Under the pieces are notes generated by a model. It was not told the origin of the DNA and did no database searches. It saw only the letters and a list, made by a program, of their open reading frames with translations. The translations under genes were made by a program, and so were the position numbers. Source: a virus (lineage: Duplodnaviria > Caudoviricetes). From it: DNA of 35,655 nucleotides. Below are positions 25,500 through 34,290 of this stretch, piece after piece (positions within the stretch are counted from its first letter, which is position 1; each line of letters begins with the position of its first letter). Where the stretch lies: positions 1 through 35,655 of IMG/VR virus record IMGVR_UViG_3300030620_000017. The stretch is one strand, 5' to 3'.

Positions 25500-27071
25500 T
25501 CAGGTGAAGGCGAAGAACGGTTTGGCGGGCTCCTCGAGCGCCCCGGCGGCGATCACGTCACCGCGGGCCTCCCATGACAGGACCGCGGCGACCGCTCCGT
25601 CGATCTTGAGGGACGACCCGGTCGATTCCTTGGCGATGACATACATCTGCCGGCGGTTGTCGTCCCACACGTTGACGGGATGCCGGGCAGCGTGACCGAT
25701 GTGCCGGGTCAGGTCCCGGTCGGCGTCGTGGGTGAGGTCACCGGCGGTGACCGCGGTGACATGGGCCCGCACCGCGTATGCCATGGCCCGGGGACGGTTG
25801 GTCCACCAGCCGACGACACGTTTGTCGCCCCAGCGGCCCTGCCAACGGTCGAGCAGGTTCCCAATGTGCTGCGGATCGACGTAGACGCGGGCCACGTTGA
25901 ACCGGTCGAATGTTTCGGTGACGGCACCGTCGACTGCTTCGAGGTCGTGTTCGTAGTCGTCGTCGCCTGATGGGGCTTCGACAATGACGATGGGCCATTG
26001 ATGACCCGTGGCGACTTCTGTGGCGACGACGGCGAGGGCGTCACCGAACCGGGCGCCGTCGACACCGAGCACGATCAGGGCGCCTTCGGGGGCGGTGTGA
26101 GCGTCGCGGCGTTTCTTCCAGGCGTCGAGGTCGTAGGCGGAACCGGCGGACTGGCGGACCCGGTTGGCGAAGAACCGTTCCGCCTGCGGCAGGTCGTTGC
26201 GGCCGATGAGCTCCACAACCTCGGATTCGATGCGGCTGATCGGCACCCACCAGGAGCCCTCGTAGCCTTTGCGGAGCACCCGGCGCCGTTCGCGGGTCTT
26301 GGTGAGATCCCCGGGCCCGGCGTCGATCATCATCTTGTAGACACCGGGGACCTTTGATTCATTGGTGTCCTGGGCGACCGAGTTCTCCGACGGGTCCCAG
26401 GCGTTGCCGGTCTCGAGCCACCGGCCGCCCATCCCGGCAAGGTTGCGCCGCTGGGTGTCGGCGAGTTTCCGGCCGCCGTTACGGACAGTCCAGTCGTGTG
26501 CCTCGTCCTGGACGGAGAAGGTGAGCCGCTGACCGAGCCTCGACCGGGCGGAGGCGGTGACCCGTTCGATACGGCCACCGGCCCGGAGGTTGATGCGGGT
26601 CTCCCCGACGTCGGAGATCAGATTCGCCAACGGGCCTTCGAGGATCATCGGCATCAGGGCACGCCACACGTTGGCGGTCTGCGCCTCCGACACTGCGGTG
26701 ACCTGGATCCACGGTGTCGACGGCGGGCGGCCCACCGGTTCCCCCGCGGAGTCCCAGCCGTCGAAGACGACCGGGCCCTCAGCTTCCGCCGCGGTGTCCG
26801 CCGCCGCGAACGGGCCTTTGCCCCACTTCTGGGGTGCTACCAGCTGCCCGCCACGGTCGTACACGAACGCCAGCGCCGGTTTGTCGCTCGGACGGGCCTT
26901 CGGGTCGAGCCGGTAGTACCAGACCAGGAACTCGATCTGCTTGTCGGACAGCAGGAACGGGTCACCGGCATGGTCCCCGTCGGGGATCACACACAGCGCC
27001 TCGATCCACTCGGCGATCGTGTACCCGAGCGTCGGGAACTCACCTTCGTAGTTCGGGCCCCGCCACGGCAT
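25500..27071 (-). CDS. terL: Terminase large subunit
   Basis: PQKWGKG Walker A, VQDEAH Walker B, LGVDG and KIDGAVAA nuclease motifs. Confidence 0.94.
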   Translation of the reverse strand: MPWRGPNYEGEFPTLGYTIAEWIEALCVIPDGDHAGDPFLLSDKQIEFLVWYYRLDPKARPSDKPALAFVYDRGGQLVAPQKWGKGPFAAADTAAEAEGPVVFDGWDSAGEPVGRPPSTPWIQVTAVSEAQTANVWRALMPMILEGPLANLISDVGETRINLRAGGRIERVTASARSRLGQRLTFSVQDEAHDWTVRNGGRKLADTQRRNLAGMGGRWLETGNAWDPSENSVAQDTNESKVPGVYKMMIDAGPGDLTKTRERRRVLRKGYEGSWWVPISRIESEVVELIGRNDLPQAERFFANRVRQSAGSAYDLDAWKKRRDAHTAPEGALIVLGVDGARFGDALAVVATEVATGHQWPIVIVEAPSGDDDYEHDLEAVDGAVTETFDRFNVARVYVDPQHIGNLLDRWQGRWGDKRVVGWWTNRPRAMAYAVRAHVTAVTAGDLTHDADRDLTRHIGHAARHPVNVWDDNRRQMYVIAKESTGSSLKIDGAVAAVLSWEARGDVIAAGALEEPAKPFFAFT

Positions 27072-27520
27072 CAGCTGGCATCGACGGCACGGATCCGCCG
27101 CACATTCGACTCGGGTGCCTTCCCGCCGTCGATGACAGCAAGATCCGGAAGTGCCTCACCGGGAAGCAACCACCGGAGATCCCGGCGACCCTTCGGAGTC
27201 AAACCCAGCGTGTCCTTGTAGAGGCGGATCTGGGTCGTCAACGCAGCGGCCGGGTCGTCCACCGCCCTGTCCACCATCCGGAGCAGCAGCTCCACCGTGT
27301 CAAGGTCAGACGCATCCCAATACGCCGCCATCGGCGACGACCACCAGTTCTCCCATGCAGCCTTCGCCTGCGCCGAGTACCCGCCTTTCGGGTACGGCCT
27401 GGGCACCGGCGGCCGCTTCGACGGGGGATCCCGGTCGAGAACCGTCCACTCCCCGCGAGTCGGCTGATTCCGGCGTCGACGAGCCGACGGGTCCTTGGGA
27501 GCCGGGCCTCTACCCGCCAT
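27071..27520 (-). CDS. terS: Terminase small subunit
   Basis: MAGRGPAPK..RRRRN..WW.SP..LGLTPKGR..LRW; directly upstream of terL. Confidence 0.88.
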   Translation of the reverse strand: MAGRGPAPKDPSARRRRNQPTRGEWTVLDRDPPSKRPPVPRPYPKGGYSAQAKAAWENWWSSPMAAYWDASDLDTVELLLRMVDRAVDDPAAALTTQIRLYKDTLGLTPKGRRDLRWLLPGEALPDLAVIDGGKAPESNVRRIRAVDAS

Positions 27521-27640
27521 CGCAGATCAGATGACGGGTCATTACGGAAATCTCCCAGACTGTCAGACTCGTACAGAAACCGAGAAGGGGCCGACGGTCC
27601 TGGGAGGCCCCCGAGTCTTACGTCGCGGACCGGCCCCCCC
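27521..27640. other. Probable cos/packaging-site region
   Basis: Non-coding gap between HNH and terS with G/C runs, the usual location in HNH-terS cos phages; exact ends cannot be read. Confidence 0.45.
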
Positions 27641-27947
27641 GCCCCCGGCCGACGAACCCTCCGTCCGCCGTCACCGTCTTCGACGAATGACACGACCGAC
27701 AGAGAGCTTGAAGGTTCGACCAAGAGTTGTCCCCATGTGGCCCCGCCCCATCGATGTGATCCACATCCGTCGCTGCAGCGCCGCAGCGTTCACACAGAGA
27801 ATGCGCCGCCAGATACGCCCCCCGGATCTCCTGCCATTCAGCGTCGTACCCCCGCCGCCAAGCCGACGGCCGACGATGACGAGAACACCGGGTAGCCCTC
27901 GATACCTGGGGGCACCCCGGTTCGGAACACACCCGGGTCGAAGTCAC
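27618..27947 (-). CDS. HNH endonuclease, terminase-associated (HK97 gp74-like)
   Basis: RGYDAEW..LCERC..VDHID..NLQALCRSCHSSKT. Confidence 0.92.
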   Translation of the reverse strand: MTSTRVCSEPGCPQVSRATRCSRHRRPSAWRRGYDAEWQEIRGAYLAAHSLCERCGAAATDVDHIDGAGPHGDNSWSNLQALCRSCHSSKTVTADGGFVGRGRGGRSAT

Positions 27948-28180
27948 GGCCCTGCCGTCGGATTGAGCTTGCCGACAGCCCGACGGGCCGCCCGGTTCGG
28001 TGTCGACAGCAACAGCCGCGCCGCGCGACGCTTGATGAACCTGATCCGAGCGTCACGCGGGTCGGTCCATGTGGCGCCGCCGATACACACCGACCAGCGC
28101 CACCGCATCCAACCGACCTTCCAGACCATCACACGGCCACGGACACCGGCAGAGCCAGGGACCACAATCGTCTCCGTCAT
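27944..28180 (-). CDS. Hypothetical basic protein
   Basis: Coupled overlaps. Confidence 0.5.
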   Translation of the reverse strand: MTETIVVPGSAGVRGRVMVWKVGWMRWRWSVCIGGATWTDPRDARIRFIKRRAARLLLSTPNRAARRAVGKLNPTAGP

Positions 28181-28425
28181 CTGATAACAAGGACCGCAAC
28201 GACCGCAAGGATGCTGGTGAGGATGATCAGGCTGCGGTGGACGACCCGGCGGGCCACAGCATATGCGGGGACATAGGTTCGCCAGCCGTTGTCGGGCCGG
28301 CCCTCGACGTACACCCTTCCGTAGTAGTCGACGAAGGGTCCAGGGCTATGGGTCTTCGGGTGTCTTCGGCCAGCTGCATCGAGGAAGTCGTCGGAGACGA
28401 TTGGGGTGCGGGGCTGGTCTTTCAT
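28177..28425 (-). CDS. Hypothetical protein with C-terminal TM
   Basis: Coupled overlaps; hydrophobic tail. Confidence 0.55.
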   Translation of the reverse strand: MKDQPRTPIVSDDFLDAAGRRHPKTHSPGPFVDYYGRVYVEGRPDNGWRTYVPAYAVARRVVHRSLIILTSILAVVAVLVIR

Positions 28426-28712
28426 CAGGTGAACGCCTTCCTGTCAGCTGCGACACGATCAGCCAGGTGCTTCATGAGTGTTCTGAGGAGATGTTGGCGG
28501 CCGGTGAGTTCGCGGCCGTCGAACCTGTCGTGATGCGGACGACACAGACCGACGTTGTTCTCTGGGGTTCGGAGTGAAGGTCGGCCGCCCATCCCGGAAG
28601 CTTCGATATGGGCCTTGTCCGTCCAAGGTTCGCTGCAGTCCGGGACGATGCAGTCGGTGCCCTGCCGGCGGATGATCTCCTCAGTGAGCTCAAGTTCGCT
28701 CAGCATCGCCAT
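28425..28712 (-). CDS. Second HNH endonuclease
   Basis: CIVPDC..AHI..GMGG..NNVGLCRPHH. Confidence 0.78.
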   Translation of the reverse strand: MAMLSELELTEEIIRRQGTDCIVPDCSEPWTDKAHIEASGMGGRPSLRTPENNVGLCRPHHDRFDGRELTGRQHLLRTLMKHLADRVAADRKAFT

Positions 28713-28716
28713 CCCA

Positions 28717-28905
28717 TCAATCTCGGATCAGAGTGTCAGCGAAATGGGAATGATGGCCACGGCCCGGCCACCACACATCGATCATCCAACCATGCCGCGT
28801 CTCACGGACCGCACGGACCTCACCTACACCGTGAGGCCAACCCGACTGGTTGCGGGTACGGACCCGCGAACCGACGATGAATGGGCAGCGAGGACGCTCC
28901 GACAT
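28717..28905 (-). CDS. Small beta-rich (SH3-like) hypothetical protein
   Basis: FIVGSRVR..GEVRAV..IDVWW; first ORF after promoter. Confidence 0.5.
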   Translation of the reverse strand: MSERPRCPFIVGSRVRTRNQSGWPHGVGEVRAVRETRHGWMIDVWWPGRGHHSHFADTLIRD

Positions 28906-28995
28906 GGTTCCAGACCCCTGCAGGGGTCGGCCCGCCCGGTCCACGACGCGGCGAAGGCACCGCGCTCGAGAGCCACCGGTGCCATCGTCAGGGGT

Positions 28996-29024
28996 AAGTT
29001 ACAAGCCTGTGATTCAAAAGTCAA
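28996..29024 (-). promoter_or_regulatory. Probable late promoter TTGACT-N17-TAACTT
   Basis: -35 at 29024-29019, -10 at 29001-28996; downstream of a hairpin and upstream of the packaging/structural operon. Confidence 0.72.
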
Positions 29025-29066
29025 GGACCGCAATTGGCAATCGCAGGGACCGCAACGGGTTTCTGA

Positions 29067-29091
29067 GAGAAGGGCCAAACTGGCCCTTCTC
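29067..29091 (-). terminator. Hairpin GAGAAGGGCCA-N3-TGGCCCTTCTC closing the early operon
   Basis: 11-bp perfect inverted repeat just after last early ORF. Confidence 0.68.
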
Positions 29092-29108
29092 GGGGAGTTC
29101 CGGATCAG

Positions 29109-29225
29109 TCAGCTTCCAGGTCGCTGCAGCTTCACATCCGGCACGCCGTAAGACCACACCTCAGCTCCTTCCACCCATACCTCCCACCATCTCAGAATCC
29201 CTTGGACGGTTCCCGTGCGTGACAT
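29109..29225 (-). CDS. 38-aa Trp-rich peptide (not in track)
   Basis: MSRTGTVQGILRWWEVWVEGAEVWSYGVPDVKLQRPGS; GAGGG SD. Confidence 0.4.
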   Translation of the reverse strand: MSRTGTVQGILRWWEVWVEGAEVWSYGVPDVKLQRPGS

Positions 29226-29233
29226 GTAAACCC

Positions 29234-29494
29234 TCATCCTTCACTCCCCTTCCGATCCCAAGGCCACTCCACCCGTTCATAAAGGTCGTGGCATCTACGC
29301 CGCATCGCTTGTGCGGTCTGATTCAATTCTGTTTGAGCAAGTCGATACTCGTGGTCGGTCTGAAATGTTCCAGTCCAAATCGTTGTGCCTGCAAAACCTC
29401 TCGGATGTCGGAGCGCAATCCGAGGTTCAGCACAACCACACCAGTCGTCACCGCAATACCAAATGTAACCAACCAATGGAGCGCCCCCAGCCAT
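29234..29494 (-). CDS. Hypothetical protein (CGDDWCGC)
   Basis: TGATG coupling. Confidence 0.6.
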   Translation of the reverse strand: MAGGAPLVGYIWYCGDDWCGCAEPRIALRHPRGFAGTTIWTGTFQTDHEYRLAQTELNQTAQAMRRRCHDLYERVEWPWDRKGSEG

Positions 29495-29772
29495 CAGTCG
29501 CTCCCCCCCGCCACCGGGCGCTCCCCCGCCTCCAGAAGGTCGGCATAGGCCCGAGCAGCTTCACCACGAAGCACAGCGAAGGTATCCAAGCCGCCCAAGT
29601 CAGCAGCCCGTCTGATCTGCTCCGCGGTCAGGGTCGCTCGTCTCCGTATCCCAAGGACCGGTCCTGCGGTACGGGGATGCGTTGGTTCTGCCCTCCCGTA
29701 GTCCATGTCCTCGATGATCGACACCGCGACAGCGGCCACCTGGATCAACTCGGTTCTCAGGTCACTCATCAT
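29494..29772 (-). CDS. Protein starting with a MazG-like helix (LRTELIQVAAVAV)
   Basis: Motif resembles the last helix of phage MazG-like pyrophosphohydrolases; no EExxE motif seen. Confidence 0.55.
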   Translation of the reverse strand: MMSDLRTELIQVAAVAVSIIEDMDYGRAEPTHPRTAGPVLGIRRRATLTAEQIRRAADLGGLDTFAVLRGEAARAYADLLEAGERPVAGGSD

Positions 29773-30092
29773 CTGCCCCCTCCCCCCGACAACGGCATCG
29801 TGTCCGATCCTGGTGACGGGCAACGGTGTGTGATCTCTTCCACACGTTGAGAATCAAGGAAGGCCTCGAATGTGCGGAGGGCAGAGTCCTCGTCTACCGA
29901 CTCTGCATAGTGCCAGGACTCGGACCCGTCGCCCAAGAGCACCCACCCGATCGGCTCAACCTTGTGCGCCATGATGTCCTCTCGACTCACATCATCCGGA
30001 TACGACAGCCCCAGCGCGAACCCTCTCGGGTGGAACAGCACCCGGTTGATCGCCCACAGAACCTGATGCTCACGAAGCGCCTCGAACCTCAT
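29769..30092 (-). CDS. Hypothetical phage protein (LWAINRVLFHPRGFAL)
   Basis: AGGAGG SD; ATGA coupling. Confidence 0.68.
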   Translation of the reverse strand: MRFEALREHQVLWAINRVLFHPRGFALGLSYPDDVSREDIMAHKVEPIGWVLLGDGSESWHYAESVDEDSALRTFEAFLDSQRVEEITHRCPSPGSDTMPLSGGGGR

Positions 30093-30786
30093 CGCTCCTC
30101 CCTTTCCTGCGTGCAGCTCGGTCCGCCCGGTCATCGAGGACCGCTTGCCAGTTTTCTGCGGCTCCGGGGGCGAGTTGCCAGCCGTGGTTGTTCTTGATGA
30201 CGAGCCGAAGATTTCGGCCTTTGGGGGGTTCAGAGACCCGTCGGAGGGTCCGATGCGAGATGCCGTGTTCGGCGGCGACCCGGCGCACCGTTTCGGAGGC
30301 GACGGGTCCGTCGGCAAGGAGGTCGATGAGGAACGCCCTGGCGGCGTCCTCCGCGGTGCGACGCCGGGCCGCGAGATTCCGGGACCTGCAAGTACCGTCA
30401 CAGCCGCAACGGCCACACAAATCCTCCAACACCGCAGACGAGACGCCACGACGATCCGAATCGGTGCCCTCGATCACTTCCTCGCCGGTCACCGCCGCCA
30501 CCGCCAGCACACGGTTCAGCCGCGACAGCGCCCCGCGGGCCAGCTCCGTCGACAAATAAGGCAACGGGGCACCGAACCGGGACCGGCGGCCCGGTGTCTC
30601 ATAGTCACGGCTCCGAAGCGGAAGGGCGGCGTCAGCGAGATCCACATACACCCGGAGAAGCCGCGACACCGGGCCGTCCACTTCGAGAAGCGTCGCCGCC
30701 CGGGTCTTATTCGCCCGCAGCTCACGCGCCGCCGCCTCAGAATCCTCCAGACGGCGCTGCAGATCCCGGACACCCGGCTTGGTCAT
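30070..30786 (-). CDS. Cys-cluster plus winged-HTH protein, candidate late regulator
   Basis: CGRCGCDGTC; FLIDLLADGP..AAEHGISHRTLRR. Confidence 0.62.
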   Translation of the reverse strand: MTKPGVRDLQRRLEDSEAAARELRANKTRAATLLEVDGPVSRLLRVYVDLADAALPLRSRDYETPGRRSRFGAPLPYLSTELARGALSRLNRVLAVAAVTGEEVIEGTDSDRRGVSSAVLEDLCGRCGCDGTCRSRNLAARRRTAEDAARAFLIDLLADGPVASETVRRVAAEHGISHRTLRRVSEPPKGRNLRLVIKNNHGWQLAPGAAENWQAVLDDRADRAARRKGRSDEVRGAS

Positions 30787-31187
30787 AGGTCGGCTCCGAT
30801 CGTCACAACCTGCGCGGAACGTCTGCCGTCCTGTTCGAAGACGAGCCGAATCTGTAGTTGGCCCTCCAAAGGAGGGAACACCGACTCGGCGAACCGGGGG
30901 GCATCCGCGTCGCATCCCGCCGGGATGAACCGCAGCGGCGCCGCAAACCGCGACGACTCCGAACGGGACTCAACGACACCGAGCCGAAGGACCGCTGGTT
31001 CTCCGTTGAGGACCGGGATCTCGGCCAGCCGGTAGGGCAGCGCGAGGACGTAGGCGCCGGCGACCTCCACGATCGACACCCGCGTCAAACCTGTCGGACC
31101 CGTCAGCGTCCCTGACAGCTCCGCCCGATAGTCATCGATGCGGCTCTTGTGAAGCCCCTCGAATCGGAGCGCTGCGTGCTTGCTCAC
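30783..31187 (-). CDS. Hypothetical protein
   Basis: GTGA/ATGA coupling. Confidence 0.55.
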   Translation of the reverse strand: MSKHAALRFEGLHKSRIDDYRAELSGTLTGPTGLTRVSIVEVAGAYVLALPYRLAEIPVLNGEPAVLRLGVVESRSESSRFAAPLRFIPAGCDADAPRFAESVFPPLEGQLQIRLVFEQDGRRSAQVVTIGADL

Positions 31188-31408
31188 TTCCAGCACCCCC
31201 GTTTGCAGAAAAGGGCCTTCTCCGGGTTGAGGGTCTGAAACTCGATCCAGTGCCAATCCCGGTCCATTATCCGGAGCTCGCGAGTCGCGCATCGGGTGAC
31301 CACGATGTTCAGCAAGCGATCTCCGTAGGCGTGGACCCGGACCCGGCCGCCTGACAGACCGGCCGGCTGGTCGGCGATCACGAGGTCAGCTGGCTTCGGG
31401 TGTTTCAC
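31184..31408 (-). CDS. Hypothetical protein
   Basis: AAGGAGG SD, GTGA coupling. Confidence 0.6.
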   Translation of the reverse strand: MKHPKPADLVIADQPAGLSGGRVRVHAYGDRLLNIVVTRCATRELRIMDRDWHWIEFQTLNPEKALFCKRGCWK

Positions 31409-31587
31409 TCGGCCTCCTTCGGCAGTGATGCGACCAACTCATCCCAGGTCTGCTCCTGAAGCGCGTCCTCATACAACTCACGGGTAAAAGGAATCTCGTG
31501 CCGACCGATTCGAATGAGCACCCGGCCATCGGCCAGTACCCGCGACCCCTCTGCAACGGCGCCCACGATCGGGATCCACACCGTCAT
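31405..31587 (-). CDS. Hypothetical protein
   Basis: GAGGAG SD, coupling. Confidence 0.62.
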   Translation of the reverse strand: MTVWIPIVGAVAEGSRVLADGRVLIRIGRHEIPFTRELYEDALQEQTWDELVASLPKEAE

Positions 31588-31955
31588 TCGGACTCCTCCT
31601 CGACCGAGCCGCCGGCAAGGGACGCCAGCGGCCGGTACTCACCATGCAGAACCTTCGAAGCCTCCGACCACGGGACCGCAGGTCTCTCAGTGCGGGCCGG
31701 GAGCCGTCGGTTCTGAGTGGGATCAGGTTCGCCGAGTTCATGGATGTAACGGATCACATCCGCCGGGTCGGGACGGAACTTGCCACGCAGATCCGTCGTG
31801 GAAAGACGGGTCACCGCCAGCAGGCACGAATCGATCGTGTAAGGACGGGACGCCGCGGCGAGATTCCGGAGCGCCTGCTCGGACCATCCGCCGGTGACAC
31901 CAGGCCACAGCTCGTCAAGCCGCTCAACGACACGGGGAAACTGCTCCTGGTTCAT
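31584..31955 (-). CDS. Helicase loader/inhibitor-like protein (G39P-like)
   Basis: MNQEQF..L..LWP...KFRPDPADV pattern; downstream of replication initiator. Confidence 0.55.
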   Translation of the reverse strand: MNQEQFPRVVERLDELWPGVTGGWSEQALRNLAAASRPYTIDSCLLAVTRLSTTDLRGKFRPDPADVIRYIHELGEPDPTQNRRLPARTERPAVPWSEASKVLHGEYRPLASLAGGSVEEESE

Positions 31956-32386
31956 GCGGCGTCTCTTTCCTCTACCACGGCGAGGCAGCGGCGAAGCGCG
32001 GTGGCTACACGGTGGCGGGACATCTTCCGCTGCCACCAGGGATATCGGCCTCCCCTGCGTTCGCGGCGCTCGGCATCGGCCAGCACCAGGAGGAGCCGGC
32101 CGAAGTCGCCGCGGAGTTCAAACAGGTCGTCGAGGAACGCTGACACGTCAGCTTCGGATAGTCCCCCAACGGCGTTGGGCGCGTCGTCTGAGTATCCACC
32201 CCAACCGCGGACACACTCCGCCCAGCCGTGCCGCGTCAAGGTGCCGATGATCGCCCACAACGGAAGACGCGTCGGGCCGAGCGTGATCGACCCGGACACA
32301 CGGCCATCGTGGACCCAGAACCCCGGATAATCCTCGGTCTCCTCGTCGGGCTCGCGCCACGGTGTGGTGTAATGCCCAGTCCTCAT
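31952..32386 (-). CDS. DUF433-like protein
   Basis: DGRVSGSITLGPTRLPLWAII..G..LSEADVSAFL. Confidence 0.6.
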   Translation of the reverse strand: MRTGHYTTPWREPDEETEDYPGFWVHDGRVSGSITLGPTRLPLWAIIGTLTRHGWAECVRGWGGYSDDAPNAVGGLSEADVSAFLDDLFELRGDFGRLLLVLADAERRERRGGRYPWWQRKMSRHRVATALRRCLAVVEERDAA

Positions 32387-32649
32387 GCGGCGTCTCCGTT
32401 GTTGTGCCACATGTGCCAGCGGCCCGCCGCGCAGAAACTGCAACGCGGGTTCCCGGCGAGCCAGCGGCCCAACCGACGCACATCAGCAGCGGACTCCAGG
32501 TACGCCTCAACAGCGACCGGACCGGCAGACACCTCGAGGGCTCGGCCCGCCGCGGCCACAACCGCACGGGCCAGCTCATGATCCGACAAGCCGTGAGACC
32601 TGCGGAGCTCGGCAGCGACCGCGACGAGAAGCTCCTGGTGGAGAGTCAC
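32383..32649 (-). CDS. Hypothetical protein with CSFC..H..H tail
   Basis: GGAGGG SD, GTGA coupling. Confidence 0.6.
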   Translation of the reverse strand: MTLHQELLVAVAAELRRSHGLSDHELARAVVAAAGRALEVSAGPVAVEAYLESAADVRRLGRWLAGNPRCSFCAAGRWHMWHNNGDAA

Positions 32650-32780
32650 GTGAACACCCTCCTCGCTTCCCGCCGCTGACAGACCACACATCGGCGACGG
32701 CGGGCATGCGGCGGCCGCAGCACATGCACGTGGCAGCCGCAATTCCACTCCACCGACCCGCATTCGGCGCAGCGGTTCAC
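32646..32780 (-). CDS. 44-aa Cys-rich peptide (not in track)
   Basis: MNRCAECGSVEWNCGCH...RCVVCQRR; GTGA coupling at both ends. Confidence 0.55.
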   Translation of the reverse strand: MNRCAECGSVEWNCGCHVHVLRPPHARRRRCVVCQRREARRVFT

Positions 32781-33763
32781 GACACGGCCCTCCTCGCCCG
32801 GTCGAGAGCCTCAGCACGCCGCGCATCCCCACGACCGAACCGGTCATCCGCCGCCTCCCCGAACTCGGCCCACAACGTCGCCAGCTCAAAGATCGACGGC
32901 CGGCGGCCCCGGGCCTGAACGAACCGGCGGCCCCGACGGATCACCTCAACCGGATCCGCGCCGACATCCCGAAGCTGTTTGAGCGCACCGTTGACACGGC
33001 CCCGCCCGTTCTTCGTCAACTCGGCAGGTGCGAGCCCCACAACCTCACCGACCGCCTCGAACAGCCAGTCACGACGCTGACCGTCCCGGACGAACAGCCA
33101 TGGCGCCGCATCCGACTCCGACCAGCCGCCCGCCGTCATCACCGTCCGGAGATCCGCCGGCGTCATCAGGACATGCCGGCGGATCTGTTCACGGTCGAGC
33201 GGCGCAGCCGCAGACTCCGAACGAAGTGAGGAGTCTGTCTTCTGGTTCCCTGACTGGTTCCCTATAAGAGGCGCGGGTTGTCGTAGATGTCGTGATTGGA
33301 TGTCGTCAATGTCGTCATTAGCCCCATCCAATCCGGACACGGTGTCGTCATTCAATCCCGACACGGTGTCAGCATTAGCAGCCGCCTCACCGTCCGGGCC
33401 CTGACCCTCAGAATCCCGGGTAATGGTGACATCCTGACGCCATTGAGCGTGTTTCGGCCACGCCGCCTTCGCCGTCCCCTCCGGCAACAGCATCCGCCAC
33501 ACCACCACCCGGCCAGTCCGCCCGGTGCGCTCCCCGGTATCCTCAATCAACCCGACCGCGGCCAACGCCTCCAGGGACCGCTGGACGGTTCGTTCCGAAG
33601 CCCCGGTCGTCTCAGCGAGATACCCGATCCCCGGATGAGAGCTCTCACCATGCGCGTCGGCGACCGACGCCAGGCTGATCAGGGTCAGCCGCTGCGTCGG
33701 GCTCAGCTCACAGCCCTTCACCAGGACATGGCCGGTGACGAAGCCGAGTGCCTCGAAACTCAC
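32777..33763 (-). CDS. Replication initiator, N-terminal winged HTH (HTH_36-like)
   Basis: LTLISLASVAD..SHPGIGYLAETTGASERTVQRSLEALAAVGLI; repeat-rich central linker. Confidence 0.8.
   Translation of the reverse strand: MSFEALGFVTGHVLVKGCELSPTQRLTLISLASVADAHGESSHPGIGYLAETTGASERTVQRSLEALAAVGLIEDTGERTGRTGRVVVWRMLLPEGTAKAAWPKHAQWRQDVTITRDSEGQGPDGEAAANADTVSGLNDDTVSGLDGANDDIDDIQSRHLRQPAPLIGNQSGNQKTDSSLRSESAAAPLDREQIRRHVLMTPADLRTVMTAGGWSESDAAPWLFVRDGQRRDWLFEAVGEVVGLAPAELTKNGRGRVNGALKQLRDVGADPVEVIRRGRRFVQARGRRPSIFELATLWAEFGEAADDRFGRGDARRAEALDRARRAVS
33242..33380. repeat. Iteron-like repeats inside rep (candidate origin)
   Basis: Two 23-mers at 33330 and 33354, each with palindrome GACACGGTGTC; TGTCGT at 33279, 33288, 33301, 33310, 33343; CTGGTTCCCT x2. 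Confidence 0.6.
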
Positions 33764-34068
33764 ACCGGCACCCCCTCGCCGGTCTCTTCGGAGCCGTCTG
33801 CTGGTTCCACGACGGCGCCGATCCCTACCAGCCGGGCCGTCAGATACGCCAACGGGTCAAACTGGCCACTCTCAAGCTCGGTGAGAGCCTCAGAAATCGT
33901 TCGTGAGCGTTTCTGGCCTGTCGTGTCACCGTCTGGTAGCACACGGACCGTCCGGCCGTCCCTGAGTCGCACCAGATGCCCACCCTGCGGCGACCCGGAA
34001 GACCGCAGATAACGCACCGACGCGCCCAGGGGCAGCATGCGGGGTTCGCCGTAGGCACGCCAGGTCAT
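33760..34068 (-). CDS. Hypothetical protein
   Basis: Coupled overlaps. Confidence 0.55.
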   Translation of the reverse strand: MTWRAYGEPRMLPLGASVRYLRSSGSPQGGHLVRLRDGRTVRVLPDGDTTGQKRSRTISEALTELESGQFDPLAYLTARLVGIGAVVEPADGSEETGEGVPV

Positions 34069-34280
34069 GATGTCACCCGCTTGGAATTGAAGCCGGAGAG
34101 CCTTTGCATCTTGGACTCAGGGCGGCGCACCAGTTCGTAGACGCTGCACGTGTCGTGTCGGCCGGTCGACCGCCAGAAGGCGAGAGCCGTGTCTCGACCC
34201 ATCGCGCAGCGAAGCGGCCGTACCGACGTCAACATCACACGCTGGTCATGACTGTCACACCACAAGACTCGGCCGTTCAT
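34065..34280 (-). CDS. Hypothetical protein
   Basis: ATGA coupling downstream. Confidence 0.5.
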   Translation of the reverse strand: MNGRVLWCDSHDQRVMLTSVRPLRCAMGRDTALAFWRSTGRHDTCSVYELVRRPESKMQRLSGFNSKRVTS

Positions 34281-34290
34281 GTGTAGGTTC

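Noticed and set aside
21900-27895. Long plus-strand ORFs (e.g. 21900-22907, 23303-24220, 24211-25410, 26714-27895)
   Set aside because: Antisense shadows of clear structural genes, expected at high GC; no motifs
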